Below are positions 24,871 to 35,800 of a DNA stretch of 64,000 nt, piece by piece. This stretch comes from Succinivibrionaceae bacterium UBA3769 (GTDB lineage Bacteria > Pseudomonadota > Gammaproteobacteria > Enterobacterales > Succinivibrionaceae), in the NCBI GenBank assembly GCA_002372325.1, contig DFFT01000009.1, positions 2,334-66,333 of the forward strand. Direction: 5' to 3'. A program made the position numbers and the translations under genes. Position 1 is the first letter of the stretch. Each line of letters starts with the position of its first letter. The notes beneath the pieces are model-generated. The model worked only from the letters and a program-made list of their open reading frames with translations, made no database searches and was not told the origin of the DNA.

Positions 24871-26082
24871 ATGCCAGAAAAAGAAATATTCACCTGTCAC
24901 CTTGATATGACCGCCATGCTGGGAATAGCCACCATACTTCTTCTGGCCGGAAGCGGTGTAAAATGGCTCCTGCCAGTCCTGAAACGATTCTACATCCCAT
25001 CTCCGGTTATCGGCGGGATACTGTTTTCGATAGTGACGCTGCTCCTTTATGAATTCCGGATCTGTCATTTTACCTATGACGGGCAGCTTAAGGATCTTTT
25101 CATGATGGCCTTTTTCACCAGCATCGGCTTCATGGCTTCCGCCAAAATGCTGATTCATGGAGGCATCGGCGTTTTCCTGTTTCTTATATGCTCCACTCTG
25201 CTGATACTCTGTCAGAATGCGGCTGGCGTTTCCATTGCCGCTCTGTGCGGCGAACATCCCATGCTGGGCGTGGCAGCCGGATCCATATCCCTTTCCGGGG
25301 GACACGGCACCTCCGCAGCCTTCGGCCCGGAACTGGAAAAATACGGTCTTTCCGGAGGTCTTTCCGTATCCGTGGCCTGCGCTACCTTCGGTCTCGTGGC
25401 GGGATCCGTTATCGGAGGCCCCATAGGGAAACTCCTCATGGCAAAACATCATGTTGTGTACAAAGAAGAGAAATCTGACGTATCCTTTAAGGACAAACGC
25501 CATGAAGAAAAAAACTGCCATCTGACAGACCGCTCTCTCCTCCGGGGAGCACTGCTCATGACTGTTTCCATAGCCATCGGAGGCCTCGTTATTAGCTGGC
25601 TTAACAGCATGGATATCATTATTCCGGCCTATCTGGGACCTATGGTGATTGCCTCGGTTATCCGCAACATTTCAGATCTCACCAAGCACAGCATTCCCAT
25701 TACTTCCATTTACACTATCGGCAGCATTTCTCTGGAATTCTTCCTGGCCATGGCTCTTATGACCATGTGTCTCTGGGAACTTAAAGATCTGGCCCTGCCG
25801 CTTATTTCCATTCTGGGCGCCCAATGCGTCATTATGGCCCTGTTTGCCTATTTCATAACCTTCCGCATCATGGGAAAGGACTACGATGCCGCAGTTATTG
25901 CCTGCGGTCAGTGCGGCTTCGGTATGGGAGCAACCCCCAATGCCATGGCCAATATGAGCACCTTCACCTTAGCCAACGGCACCTCTCCGAAGGCGTTTTT
26001 CGTGGTGCCCATGGTGGGAGCTCTCTTTATTGACTTTGTTAATGCCTTTGTGGTGACCGGCTTTATTAAAGCCCTGTCCTGA
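24871..26082 (+). CDS. gltS: Sodium:glutamate symporter
   Basis: IPSPVIGG, FFTSIG, GGHGT, ATFGLVAGSVIGGP, GMGATPNAMANM. Confidence 0.93.
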   Translation: MPEKEIFTCHLDMTAMLGIATILLLAGSGVKWLLPVLKRFYIPSPVIGGILFSIVTLLLYEFRICHFTYDGQLKDLFMMAFFTSIGFMASAKMLIHGGIGVFLFLICSTLLILCQNAAGVSIAALCGEHPMLGVAAGSISLSGGHGTSAAFGPELEKYGLSGGLSVSVACATFGLVAGSVIGGPIGKLLMAKHHVVYKEEKSDVSFKDKRHEEKNCHLTDRSLLRGALLMTVSIAIGGLVISWLNSMDIIIPAYLGPMVIASVIRNISDLTKHSIPITSIYTIGSISLEFFLAMALMTMCLWELKDLALPLISILGAQCVIMALFAYFITFRIMGKDYDAAVIACGQCGFGMGATPNAMANMSTFTLANGTSPKAFFVVPMVGALFIDFVNAFVVTGFIKALS

Positions 26083-26138
26083 AAAGCATAAAGGAGCTCC
26101 TGAAAGCTCCTTCACTTCAGTCCTGCTCTCTTCAAGCC

Positions 26139-28382
26139 CTACTCTCTCCGGGCCGACAGCACATCCGGCATCTGATTGAGGCGGGACAGGGTTCGCGTGA
26201 GATCGTTAATGTTGTAAACCTCCATCCTAATGACGATTTTGGCCAGCTGCATTTTGGTGTTGGAGCTGGAGGATACCCCTAGCACATTGATTCTTTCGTT
26301 GGCAATAATGGTAGTAATGTCCCTTAAAAGACCGGATCTGTCATTAGCTTCAATAACTATGGTCACCGCATAGCCCTGGGAATAATTTTCGCCCCATTCG
26401 GCCTCCACCAGCCGCTCCGGACTTTTCTGGGCCATGTGCTTCAGCTGCTCGCAGCCCCGGCGGTGGATGGTGATGCCGCTGTGGGTGATAAAGCCCACAA
26501 TGTCATCCCCCCGCACCGGATGACAGCACCGGGCCATATGGGTGAGAAGATTGCCCACGCCGTTAACCATCACCTGACTCTTGCCCTTGGCCTGTCTGGC
26601 ACTGTTAAGCCACTGCTGCTGATTCTGCTCGATGGTTTTCTGGAGCTCTTCGGTATTGTCAGGCTCTTCGTACTTCTCCTTGAACTTCTCCTCAAGGAAG
26701 TTCATAAGCTGGTTGATTCTGATGTCCCCGGATCCCAGCTTGGCATAGATATCCTTATGATCCCGGGCGTTGTACTTGTTAAGAACCTCATCAAGAAGTC
26801 CGGGAATTTCACCGCGCTCCAGCTTAATGCCATGCTGATCCATGGTTTTCTGGAGGAGAGCCCGGCCTTCTTCAATATTTTTATCCCGATCCTGCTTCTT
26901 AAACCAGGCCGCAATTTTATTACGGGCCTTGCTGGTGGCAATGTAGCCGTAGGCCGGATTCATCCAGTCTCTGCTGGGATTTTCCTCCTTCTGGGTGATG
27001 ATCTCCACCTGATCGCCCGTTTGAAGCTTGTAGGTAAAGGGCACGATGCTGCCGCCCACCTTGGCGCCGGTGCAGCGGTGTCCGAGAGCGGTATGGATCT
27101 GGTAGGCCATATCCAAAGGAGTGGCTCCGGCCGGCAAATCCACCACATCGCCCTTGGGAGTAAACACATACACCCGATCCTCGAAAACCTGATTCTTGAA
27201 ATCCTCCACAATGGCTCCGGTCTCCATCATGTTTTCCTGCCAGGAGAGGATCTTGCGGAGCCAGGCAATGCGCTTTTCGTACTCGGAATTGATGCCGGGA
27301 GTATCGCCTTCCTTGTATTTCCAATGAGCTGCCACGCCCAGTTCGGCATTCTTGTGCATGCTTTCGGAACGGATCTGGATCTCCACGGCCTTGCCCTCGG
27401 GCCCCAGAACCACGGTATGAATGGACTGATAGCCGTTAGGCTTGGGGTTCGCGATATAGTCGTCGAATTCCCGCTGGATGAGATGGTAACGGGTATGCAC
27501 AATGCCCAAAGCGGCATAGCAATCCCGGACGTGCTTTACAATAATCCGCACTGCTCTCACATCGTAAAGCTGGGAAAACGCGAGGTGCTTTTTCTGCATT
27601 TTGCGCCAGATGCTGTAGATATGCTTGGGCCGGCCGTATACAGAGGCTTCGATGCCGGCTCTTTTCAGGGCCTGGGAGAGCTCTGCCACGAAATTATTGA
27701 TGTAGTTTTCCCGGTCAATTCTCTTTTCATCCAGAAGCCGGGCAATCTGCTTGTAGGTATCCGGCTGGAGATATCTGAAGGAGAGATCCTCAAGCTCCCA
27801 TTTGAGCTGACCGATGCCGAGACGATTGGCCAGAGGAGCGTAGATATTGGCGCTTTCCTTGGCCAGGAGCACCTTTACCTCCTCGTCCATGTTTTTGCTT
27901 TCCCGCAGCACGGCAATTCTCTCGGAAAGCTTGATTACCACTGCTCTCACGTCCTCGATCATGGCGATGAGCATGCGTCTGATGGTGTCCACCTGCTCAT
28001 TGGAAACCATAGCTCCCGAGGACAGATTATGCATGAAGTTAATGGCCTCCATGTCCTTCACGCCATGGAGAATGCGGGAAATGCGCGGCCCGAAATCTCT
28101 GTTGGCCTCCTCCAGAGTAAAGAAATGCTCCTCAAGATGGGGATAGAGAATTGCGGACTTGTAGGTATCAAGATCCATGTGGAGAGTAAGAAGGATGCCC
28201 ACTATTTCGGCCGCTCTTCTGGTGAGCTTCTCTTCCTCGGCCAGGGTTTCTGGCATGTGATCGCGGCAGTAGGCGAACACCTTAAGAATTTCTTCGCGAT
28301 CCGAGTCTTTTACATGAAGGCCGCGGGCCCAGACCTTAAGATTGAAGTCCTGACCGACGTGATTGGTTCTTACGGCTACCAT
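26139..28382 (-). CDS. relA: GTP pyrophosphokinase RelA
   Basis: YAPLANRLGIGQLKWELED, GRPKHIYSI, GYQSIHT, EIQIR, TGS and ACT domains. Confidence 0.97.
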   Translation of the reverse strand: MVAVRTNHVGQDFNLKVWARGLHVKDSDREEILKVFAYCRDHMPETLAEEEKLTRRAAEIVGILLTLHMDLDTYKSAILYPHLEEHFFTLEEANRDFGPRISRILHGVKDMEAINFMHNLSSGAMVSNEQVDTIRRMLIAMIEDVRAVVIKLSERIAVLRESKNMDEEVKVLLAKESANIYAPLANRLGIGQLKWELEDLSFRYLQPDTYKQIARLLDEKRIDRENYINNFVAELSQALKRAGIEASVYGRPKHIYSIWRKMQKKHLAFSQLYDVRAVRIIVKHVRDCYAALGIVHTRYHLIQREFDDYIANPKPNGYQSIHTVVLGPEGKAVEIQIRSESMHKNAELGVAAHWKYKEGDTPGINSEYEKRIAWLRKILSWQENMMETGAIVEDFKNQVFEDRVYVFTPKGDVVDLPAGATPLDMAYQIHTALGHRCTGAKVGGSIVPFTYKLQTGDQVEIITQKEENPSRDWMNPAYGYIATSKARNKIAAWFKKQDRDKNIEEGRALLQKTMDQHGIKLERGEIPGLLDEVLNKYNARDHKDIYAKLGSGDIRINQLMNFLEEKFKEKYEEPDNTEELQKTIEQNQQQWLNSARQAKGKSQVMVNGVGNLLTHMARCCHPVRGDDIVGFITHSGITIHRRGCEQLKHMAQKSPERLVEAEWGENYSQGYAVTIVIEANDRSGLLRDITTIIANERINVLGVSSSSNTKMQLAKIVIRMEVYNINDLTRTLSRLNQMPDVLSARRE

Positions 28383-28652
28383 GGACGCTCCCTTTTTGTA
28401 CCTCTTTAGGCCCCTGAATCTGCAATCCGAAAAGCCCCGGAAAAGCTCGTGACACTGATTCTATTATATTTTTGCCGGTAAAACCCCGATACGGCCTGTG
28501 TTTTTGCAACATTTTTCTGTGATCCTGAAAAAAACGCTCCGGGAAAGAAAAAAAGCCCCACCCGGAAAGGCTTCAAAATACCGCCGGAAGAAAACACCGG
28601 CCCTCCATTCAGTTTTAATCAGGCTCTGACATTCTCCCTCTGCCTGTTCAGA

Positions 28653-29207
28653 TTACCGGCTTTCCCTGGCCCATTTTTTGACTTCGGCAGTGTTCACGCT
28701 GCTGGAAAAGCCCTTCCCCGGCTTCCAGGCACCGGCTCCGGCCTTTGCTGCCAAATGCTCGGAGCTCTGACCATGGCCGCTGCTTCCGGAGGTGGAGAAG
28801 GTAATAACGGTCTTGCCGGAAAAGTCATGCTTCTCGGCAAAGGTGTACACAATATTGGGAGCCTCCCCCCACCAGATGGGGTAGCCGATGTAGACGGTGC
28901 CGTACTTATTCCAGTCCGCCACGTCCCCGATGTATTCCGGCTTTATGGACGGATCCTGATGCTCCTTGGAGGAGCGGCTCTCAGGATCCCGGTAATCCAG
29001 ATCCTTCACGGAATACGGAACCGCGGGATTCAGGGCAAAGGTATCCGCCTTGAGCTCTGCGGCAATGGCCTCTGCCGCCACCTCGGTTCTCCCCGTGGCG
29101 GAAAAGTACACCACCAGAGTATCGGTTTCCGCCGCCAGAGCAGTTGATCCGCCGAGGGAAAGACCGGATAACAGGCCGGCAGCAAGAATTTTACGCAGTG
29201 TGTTCAT
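28653..29207 (-). CDS. Exported flavodoxin-like protein
   Basis: Signal peptide followed by VVYFSATGRT, GYPIWWG and FSTSGSS. Confidence 0.85.
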   Translation of the reverse strand: MNTLRKILAAGLLSGLSLGGSTALAAETDTLVVYFSATGRTEVAAEAIAAELKADTFALNPAVPYSVKDLDYRDPESRSSKEHQDPSIKPEYIGDVADWNKYGTVYIGYPIWWGEAPNIVYTFAEKHDFSGKTVITFSTSGSSGHGQSSEHLAAKAGAGAWKPGKGFSSSVNTAEVKKWARESR

Positions 29208-29279
29208 AAATCCTCCGAAAAATTGTCCGAAATCAGGCAGGCAAAATCATCTAGACGAAACCGCCGCATGATTCCGCGC

Positions 29280-29804
29280 TTATGAATCGTAGAAATGCTG
29301 CCCGTCCTCAGTTACGAGGCGTTCAGTCTTGGGATACTCAAATATGGTGCTGTTATCGGCATTTCCTTCCAAATAAGCGGCAAACTCATTGGCATACCAT
29401 TTAGCCATCTCCAGGTTATGCATGCGGCAGTAACCGCAGTTTTCGGGAGCGGTTCCGGGCACCTCCTTCACGTCATTTACGGACTTGAAGGCGCTCAGCA
29501 TGAGTTCATAAAGCTCCCGGGAAGAACGGCTGCCCTTGAGGATGAGATAAAAGCCGGTAAGGCAGCCCATGGGGCCCCAGTAAATAACCTCGTTTTTCCA
29601 GTCCGGATCGTTGCGAAGGTAAGTGGCAATGATATGTTCCAGAGAATGCATGGCCGCCACGTCAATGACAGGCTCCCGGTTCGGTCTTTTAAGCCTGATA
29701 TCATAGGTGGTAACCGAATACTCTCCCAGATGATCGACTCTGCTGGTGAAAATACCAGGCACAATGCGGGTATGGTCTACCGAGAAGCTTTGTATAAGTT
29801 CCAT
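29280..29804 (-). CDS. luxS: S-ribosylhomocysteine lyase
   Basis: SFSVDH, HSLEH, GPMGCLTGFY; start moved to MELIQSF. Confidence 0.93.
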   Translation of the reverse strand: MELIQSFSVDHTRIVPGIFTSRVDHLGEYSVTTYDIRLKRPNREPVIDVAAMHSLEHIIATYLRNDPDWKNEVIYWGPMGCLTGFYLILKGSRSSRELYELMLSAFKSVNDVKEVPGTAPENCGYCRMHNLEMAKWYANEFAAYLEGNADNSTIFEYPKTERLVTEDGQHFYDS

Positions 29805-30090
29805 GTCGTTTCTCCTGACGCTGCAACTGTTATTAACTGATATTAGCCTTGCCATAATCTTATCACAAGAGATCCTTTTGTTCCGGTTTCGGCGGTTTTT
29901 TTCAGTAACATCTGCGCAGAGTTTCGGGTTACAGCTTTCTGCTTGCCGGGGAACCGAACTTTTCCGAAATCAGGCTTTTCCGGCAGGTTCATCATTCCTG
30001 AGTGCAAAAAGAGTTGTCTTCGGCAAAAGGAGTTGTAGTAGCTGCAGGAATTACTGTCTTCCGAAATGAACTTTGTGCACACTTCCTGCG

Positions 30091-30157
30091 TTATTTGGCA
30101 GTTAAGGGGGTAAATTTTGCAAAAAGTTCAAAAGATGCCGCCTTAACCCCAAAATAA
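30091..30157. repeat. Long imperfect inverted repeat upstream of the AAA ATPase gene
   Basis: TTATTTGGCAGTTAAGGGGG versus the reverse complement of the right arm, TTATTTTGGGGTTAAGGCGG. Confidence 0.65.
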
Positions 30158-30215
30158 CTCTGACTCCTAACATATAATTGTCTGACCATACCAGATCTCC
30201 TGACAGGATAAAGCC

Positions 30216-31313
30216 ATGAAACTCTACCGACGGGAAAACTACCTCAGGAAAATGCGGTGATTTTTTCATGATACCGGCATTATCAAGGTGATCACCGGAG
30301 TGCGCCGGTGCGGGAAGTCATGCCTGATGCAGACTATTGCCGAAGAACTACATCTTTCCGGGATTCCGGAAGAAAATATCATCTTCCTGAATCTGGACAA
30401 ACGGGGATACCGCAGCATAAAAACCCCGGAAGCTCTGGATACGCTTATAGCAGCCAAATCTTCCGGAGCCGGCGTTAAGTATCTCTTCATTGACGAGGTG
30501 CAAAACGTTGCCGGGTTTGAAGAGGTCATCAACGGATTCCGGGAAGAGGAAGAGTACTCGATTTTCATCACCGGTTCCGCTTCATGCCTATTGGGCGGTG
30601 AACTGGGCACCAAACTGACCGGACGCTATCTGGAGTTTGAGCTCTTCACCTTAAGCTTTGCGGAGTATCTGGAAATGAAAGCCTTTCTGGGTAAAACGGC
30701 AGAGCCGGATCTCACCAGGGAGTTTGATTCCTACATTTCCGAAGGCGGCTTCCCAAAAGCTCTGGAGTATGAAGGATCTGACAAGGAGAGCTACATACGC
30801 GGCATCATAACGGAAATATTCCAAAAGGATATCCGCAGCCGGGCCAAAATCCGCAATGTGCCGTCATTCGAAACGGCGCAGCGTTACATTATCAGCAATT
30901 TTGGCGTCACCATGAGCCTCACCGGCATTCTGCAGGATCTGAAGAAAAACGGCTGTCCGGTGCGACGGGAGACTCTGAAACGCTATCTCGCAATCCTGGA
31001 GGAGGCTAAAATTATTCACCCCTGCGCTCGCTTCGATCTGAAGTCCCGAAAATCAATAGCCGGAGAACAAAAGTACTATCTTGCTGACCTGGGATTCTAC
31101 TTCGCCATGAATACAGACAAACGCATCAATTACGGACCCGCTCTGGAAAACATCGTTTACGTTTATGCCAGATCAAAGGGCTATAACGTCAGCATCGGAC
31201 GCATTGGGAAACTGGAATGCGATTTTATAATGTCCCGCGGCAATGCTGATTACGCCTATGCGCAGGTGGCCATGACCATTATGAATGACATCCGCACGGA
31301 AGAATCACTGTAA
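30216..31313 (+). pseudogene. AAA ATPase (AAA_14/DUF4143-type) with an in-frame stop and truncated C-terminus
   Basis: MKLYRRENYLRKMR*FFHDTGIIKVITGVRRCGKS with TGA at 30258-30260; FIDEVQN, GGFP, KYYLADLG and LECDF motifs; ends abruptly at RTEESL. Confidence 0.8.
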
Positions 31314-31552
31314 ATGAAGATAAAAATAATGAATGCACTTATCTTATTGAATTAAAGTATGCTGCAAAGACAGATGCCTCGGAATCAAGAATTCAGAGTC
31401 TGATAAAGGAAGCTTCGGATCAGGTTCTTAAATACAAGTCTGCTCTGGAGTTCAGGAACAGACAGGTCAAGGCATATTCCATGGTCTTTGCAGGATCAAA
31501 TTGCGTACACTGCCAGTTGCAGAACCAGCAATCATTCCCGCAACACCTTTGA
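31304..31552 (+). pseudogene. C-terminal remnant of a PD-(D/E)XK nuclease domain of the kind fused to AAA ATPases
   Basis: Start-less frame ITVNEDKNNECTYLIELKY...EASDQVLKY...AYSMVFAG, i.e. ExK plus EA..Q..Y pattern. Confidence 0.6.
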
Positions 31553-31681
31553 TTTCAAGGGCTTTCAGAGCCGGTTCTGTTTTGCCCGTGCCAGTACGAT
31601 CTCAGCGTGTTCCGTGCGGAATCATATTGGAAAGGTAAACCAACCGAGGTACCTCGGAATCCTGTGGCTTTGCCGATCAAA

Positions 31682-32668
31682 TTATTTTTTCAGCCTGTAT
31701 TTCTGATTCCTGCTATTAGGCTTATCAGGGATCGTCATTTCTATAACGCCGTGCCTTAGTGCCGGGTTCAGATAATTCTGTCTGAACGTTGGCCTGTGAG
31801 ATAATCCCAGCCGTTTCATTATTCCCGCAGCGGAAAGGACATCTTTTCCTATAGCCTTTCGCAGCTTATCAATCAAAGGATCTGTTTGTTCCTCCACCCC
31901 ATTTCCGACAACAGCTGTATTTTGCAAAGTATCCAGAATCACCTGCAATAAAAATGCTGCAAAAGCGCTGCTGTCGGCATCGCTGTCCGATTTACCCAGA
32001 GCTTCATAATATTCGTTTTGCCGTGATCTTATAAGCTCTTCTACGGGCAGCCAGTAGAATATCTCATTCCAATGGCCCAGCAGCAGGCTGTGCCACAGCC
32101 TTCCCATGCGCCCGTTTCCATCAGCAAACGGATGAATAAATTCAAACTCATAATGAAAGATGGCGCTTCTTATGAGGGGATGGATTTCAGATGTCTTGTA
32201 CCAAGTGAATAAATCCTGCATCTGACCGGGAACCATATTTGCCGGCGGAGCCATGTGAACAAGATCTTTGCCGTTAAAAACTCCAACCCCGCCGCTTCGG
32301 AATCTGCCATTTTCAGAAATCAGTTCATTCATCATCGCTTTATGAGCCTTTAACAGATCATCAACAGAATAAGGATCTAAGGTCAGCATCATCTCATAAG
32401 CTGTGTAGGCATTTTTAACTTCCCTGATTTCCACAGGATTGCCGAGAATTCTCTTACCCTCAAGAATAGCAGTAACCTGTTCTGACGAGAGAGAATTATG
32501 TTCAATGGCCAATGAGGAATAAATTGTTCTTATACGGTTCTCTTTTCTGAGATGAGGAGTAATGCTGCCTTTGGACAAAATTTTGATCTGCCCTAACTGC
32601 TCACTGATAGCAGCGGTCAAATTAATTATTTTGTCCGTCATGTGAAACGGCGGCTGGTACTTGCTCAC
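31682..32668 (-). CDS. Fic-domain protein with N-terminal autoinhibitory-type helix and C-terminal HTH-like segment
   Basis: HPFADGNGRMGR and SSLAIEHN; GTG start preceded by a GAGGAG ribosome-binding site. Confidence 0.92.
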   Translation of the reverse strand: MSKYQPPFHMTDKIINLTAAISEQLGQIKILSKGSITPHLRKENRIRTIYSSLAIEHNSLSSEQVTAILEGKRILGNPVEIREVKNAYTAYEMMLTLDPYSVDDLLKAHKAMMNELISENGRFRSGGVGVFNGKDLVHMAPPANMVPGQMQDLFTWYKTSEIHPLIRSAIFHYEFEFIHPFADGNGRMGRLWHSLLLGHWNEIFYWLPVEELIRSRQNEYYEALGKSDSDADSSAFAAFLLQVILDTLQNTAVVGNGVEEQTDPLIDKLRKAIGKDVLSAAGIMKRLGLSHRPTFRQNYLNPALRHGVIEMTIPDKPNSRNQKYRLKK

Positions 32669-32844
32669 TTTTTGCTCCTCATACTGAGCCCTCTCCGGTA
32701 TCAGGATATTTAGCGAATGGGCCGTTAACGATTGCGGCATTGATTTCTGATAATATCTCTTCACAGGACAGTTTACCCTGCCATGTAAATTGATTATCCC
32801 TTGTTAATCAATGCTCTTTCCGAAAACGGCCGTCCCCCGTGATA

Positions 32845-35800
32845 TCAGAACCTGCGGTCTTTCTGAGCCTTCTCCTTCTCGGCTTCTTCTGTTGAGAAAG
32901 CGAAGATTTCCTCTATCTGACGGTTGGACAGATCTCCAATCCACTTTTCACCGACATTTATGGCAATATCTGCCAGATCCTTCTTGGATTTGATAATATC
33001 GTTGATCTTCTCCTCAAAGGTATTGGCGCAGATCAGCCGGTAGACCTGAACATTTTCCTTCTGTCCGATGCGGTAAGCCCGGTCGGTTGCCTGATCCTCC
33101 ACAGCCGGATTCCACCACAGATCATAGTGGATTACTGCTGATGCCGCCGTCAGTGTAAGTCCTGTTCCGGCAGCCTTCAAAGACAGAATCATGCATCTTT
33201 CATCGCGGCGATTCTGGAACTTGTCAACCATTGCGGCCCGTTCGGAAGCCGAGAGTCCTCCGTGAATAAACTCGGGACGGAAACCGGTTCTCTCCTCGAT
33301 CCATTTCTGCAGCAGATCTCCCATTACCTTGAACTGGGTGAATATCAGACATTTCTTGTTGTTCTCAAACATGTCGTCCAAAAGATCAAACAGCACCTCC
33401 ATCTTCCCTGAATATCTGGCATCCTGATGCGAATCCTCCTGAGAATAATGAGCCGGAGCATTGCAGATCATTTTGAGACTGCGGATCAGATTGAGCACCA
33501 CCGAACTGCGCTGCAATGAATCAAGCTCCTCCATGACAAGCATGGAATGATTTACCTTCTCCTGATAGAGAGCCACCTGCTCCGGAGTAAGCGTACAGTA
33601 CTTGTCGATCACTATCTTGTCCGGCAAATCGCTGATAATGGACTTGTCAGACTTGAGACGTCTCATGATAAACGGAGCCGTTATCAGCTTGAAGCTCTTC
33701 ACGGCAGCCGGATCCCTGGTACGCTCAATCGGGTTGGCAAATTCGCGTTTGAAGGCCTCCGCAGAACCCAGAAGTCCCGGATTGGCAAAATCCATAATCG
33801 ACCAGTACTCAAGAAGCCTGTTTTCAACCGGGGTGCCGGACATGGCAATCATGGAATCCGCCTTGATGGAACGTACCACCTTGAAAATCTGCGACCGGGT
33901 GTTCTTGATATTCTGAGCCTCGTCAATAACGATAAGACGCAGCTTCAGCTTCTGAAAGAGCTTGTTTTCAGATCGGAGAACGCCGTAGGAAGTCAGCACG
34001 ACATCGGCGGGCTTCGAAAGATCCCGTTCGGTATAGAAGGTATTGACCCTGAGCTCAGGAGCAAACTTGGCAAGCTCCTTGTCCCAGCTTACCAGAAGCG
34101 AAACCGGCACCGCCACCAGAACCTGCTTGTCCCGCAATTCTCCGTCATAGCGCAGCTTTTCTATGGCGGCAATGACCTGAACGGTCTTGCCCAGTCCCAT
34201 ATCGTCGGCCAGAATAGAACCCATCATGGTCCGCAGATTCTTGGTAAGCCAACTATACCCTCTGAGCTGGTATGGTCTGAGCTGCGCCTTAAAGGTGGGA
34301 GGAACCTCAATGCTCTTTTCAGAAAGAATATTCTGAAGGCAGTCCCGAAGCTCCTTTGTAATTGCCACATTGTCTTCGCCGAAACGTCCGGTGAGCGCGG
34401 CGGCCATGAGCCGCTGCTTGCCGGGAGCCTGAGAGCCGCCGGCAAGCTTTTTGGCAATACGGGAAGTAAGAGCGGGGTCGACATAAACGAAAGACTCGCC
34501 GAATCTGACAACCTTACCCTCATGAAGCCGGAGATCCGCAAACTCCTCCGGGGAAATAGAGCGATCCCCCAGAGCAATACTCCAGTCGAAATCCAGAAGA
34601 TCGGTAATCCCGGTGAACCCCGTGCCGTCGTCCCATCTGTCTCTCATGGACACTGTCATGGAAGACTTCGGATAAATGACCGACTTCAGAGCCTTCGGCA
34701 CAATCAGTCTGACGCCAAGGATTTTCATAGCCGGAATGGTAGACTGGATGATAGGAGCCAGATCATCAAGAGCAATAATCCCCACTCCGCCCCGGTTTTC
34801 CAGAAGTTCGGTGAGGGGCGGACATACAGAACTCAGGCGGGCCACTGTTCTCAGACACTCAAAGCGGATTTTCTGATACTCCCGGTTTTCAATAATCTCA
34901 GACAGCGGAATGAAGGTGTCCTCGGGAGTTCCCTGCTGATCCAGACGATTAAAGCCCATGGAAATCTGAATTCCGGCAGTATTGTCAAAAAGGCCCTTTC
35001 TATGGCCTTTTTTGGCTTCCGTCAGGTCTTCCTCATCAGCTTCCGGAGCAGTAACCACCTCCCCTCTGTCAGCCTGATAAACCGGAGATGATTCAAGGTC
35101 GATATCGGCATCCCCGTCGCTTTCGGTTTCGTAAACAGTTCTGGCTTCATTGATCACTTCCGCCAAGGCCGCGGCGGACTGATCCTCGAGAATAATAACC
35201 GGCTGCACCTTGAGATTCTGGAGATAAATCGGAGCAATCCAGGACTCCAGACGCTTCTTGACGCTCTCTCTGGCATGGAAGCCCTCCTCCAGATCCACCA
35301 GTTTGCCCAGGAATATGCTCTGACATTCCAGGGGAAGATCCTCGCTGGCATAATCATCATGGAGCTCGATAAATGCTTTGGTGATATAGCTCCCGAGATA
35401 CATGCTCAGAATCATTTCGCCCAGAACATAGGGGTTCATGTTCTCGGGCCGGCGGGCCACGCTGATCACGGTGTTGTCGATGGTCATAAAGAAACGCCCC
35501 ACCGCCGTTACAATATCCCGCACCTCTTTCGACATCACCGCCGGAATCCAGCGCACGGCAAAGAAATCATCCACCGGCTCATAAATCTGCGGTATCAGAG
35601 CGCCGCTCTTCACCAGCTTGGCGGCCAGAACCCAGGCATTGTACAAAGCCTCGATTTCGACCGGAGCAATTTCCAGAGCCTTCTGATTAATGGCTCCGGA
35701 AAACATTTCATAATAAGCCGCGCCGTCATATTTTTCCTTCCAGACGGCAAACGGATAAACCGAGGCCTCCCTGCCGCTGTTTTCCATGGAATAGGTTTTC

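Noticed and set aside
30258-30260. In-frame TGA as selenocysteine or programmed readthrough
   Set aside because: Non-catalytic position most simply explained as GGA to TGA, no SECIS-like hairpin recognised, and the gene is also truncated at its 3' end.
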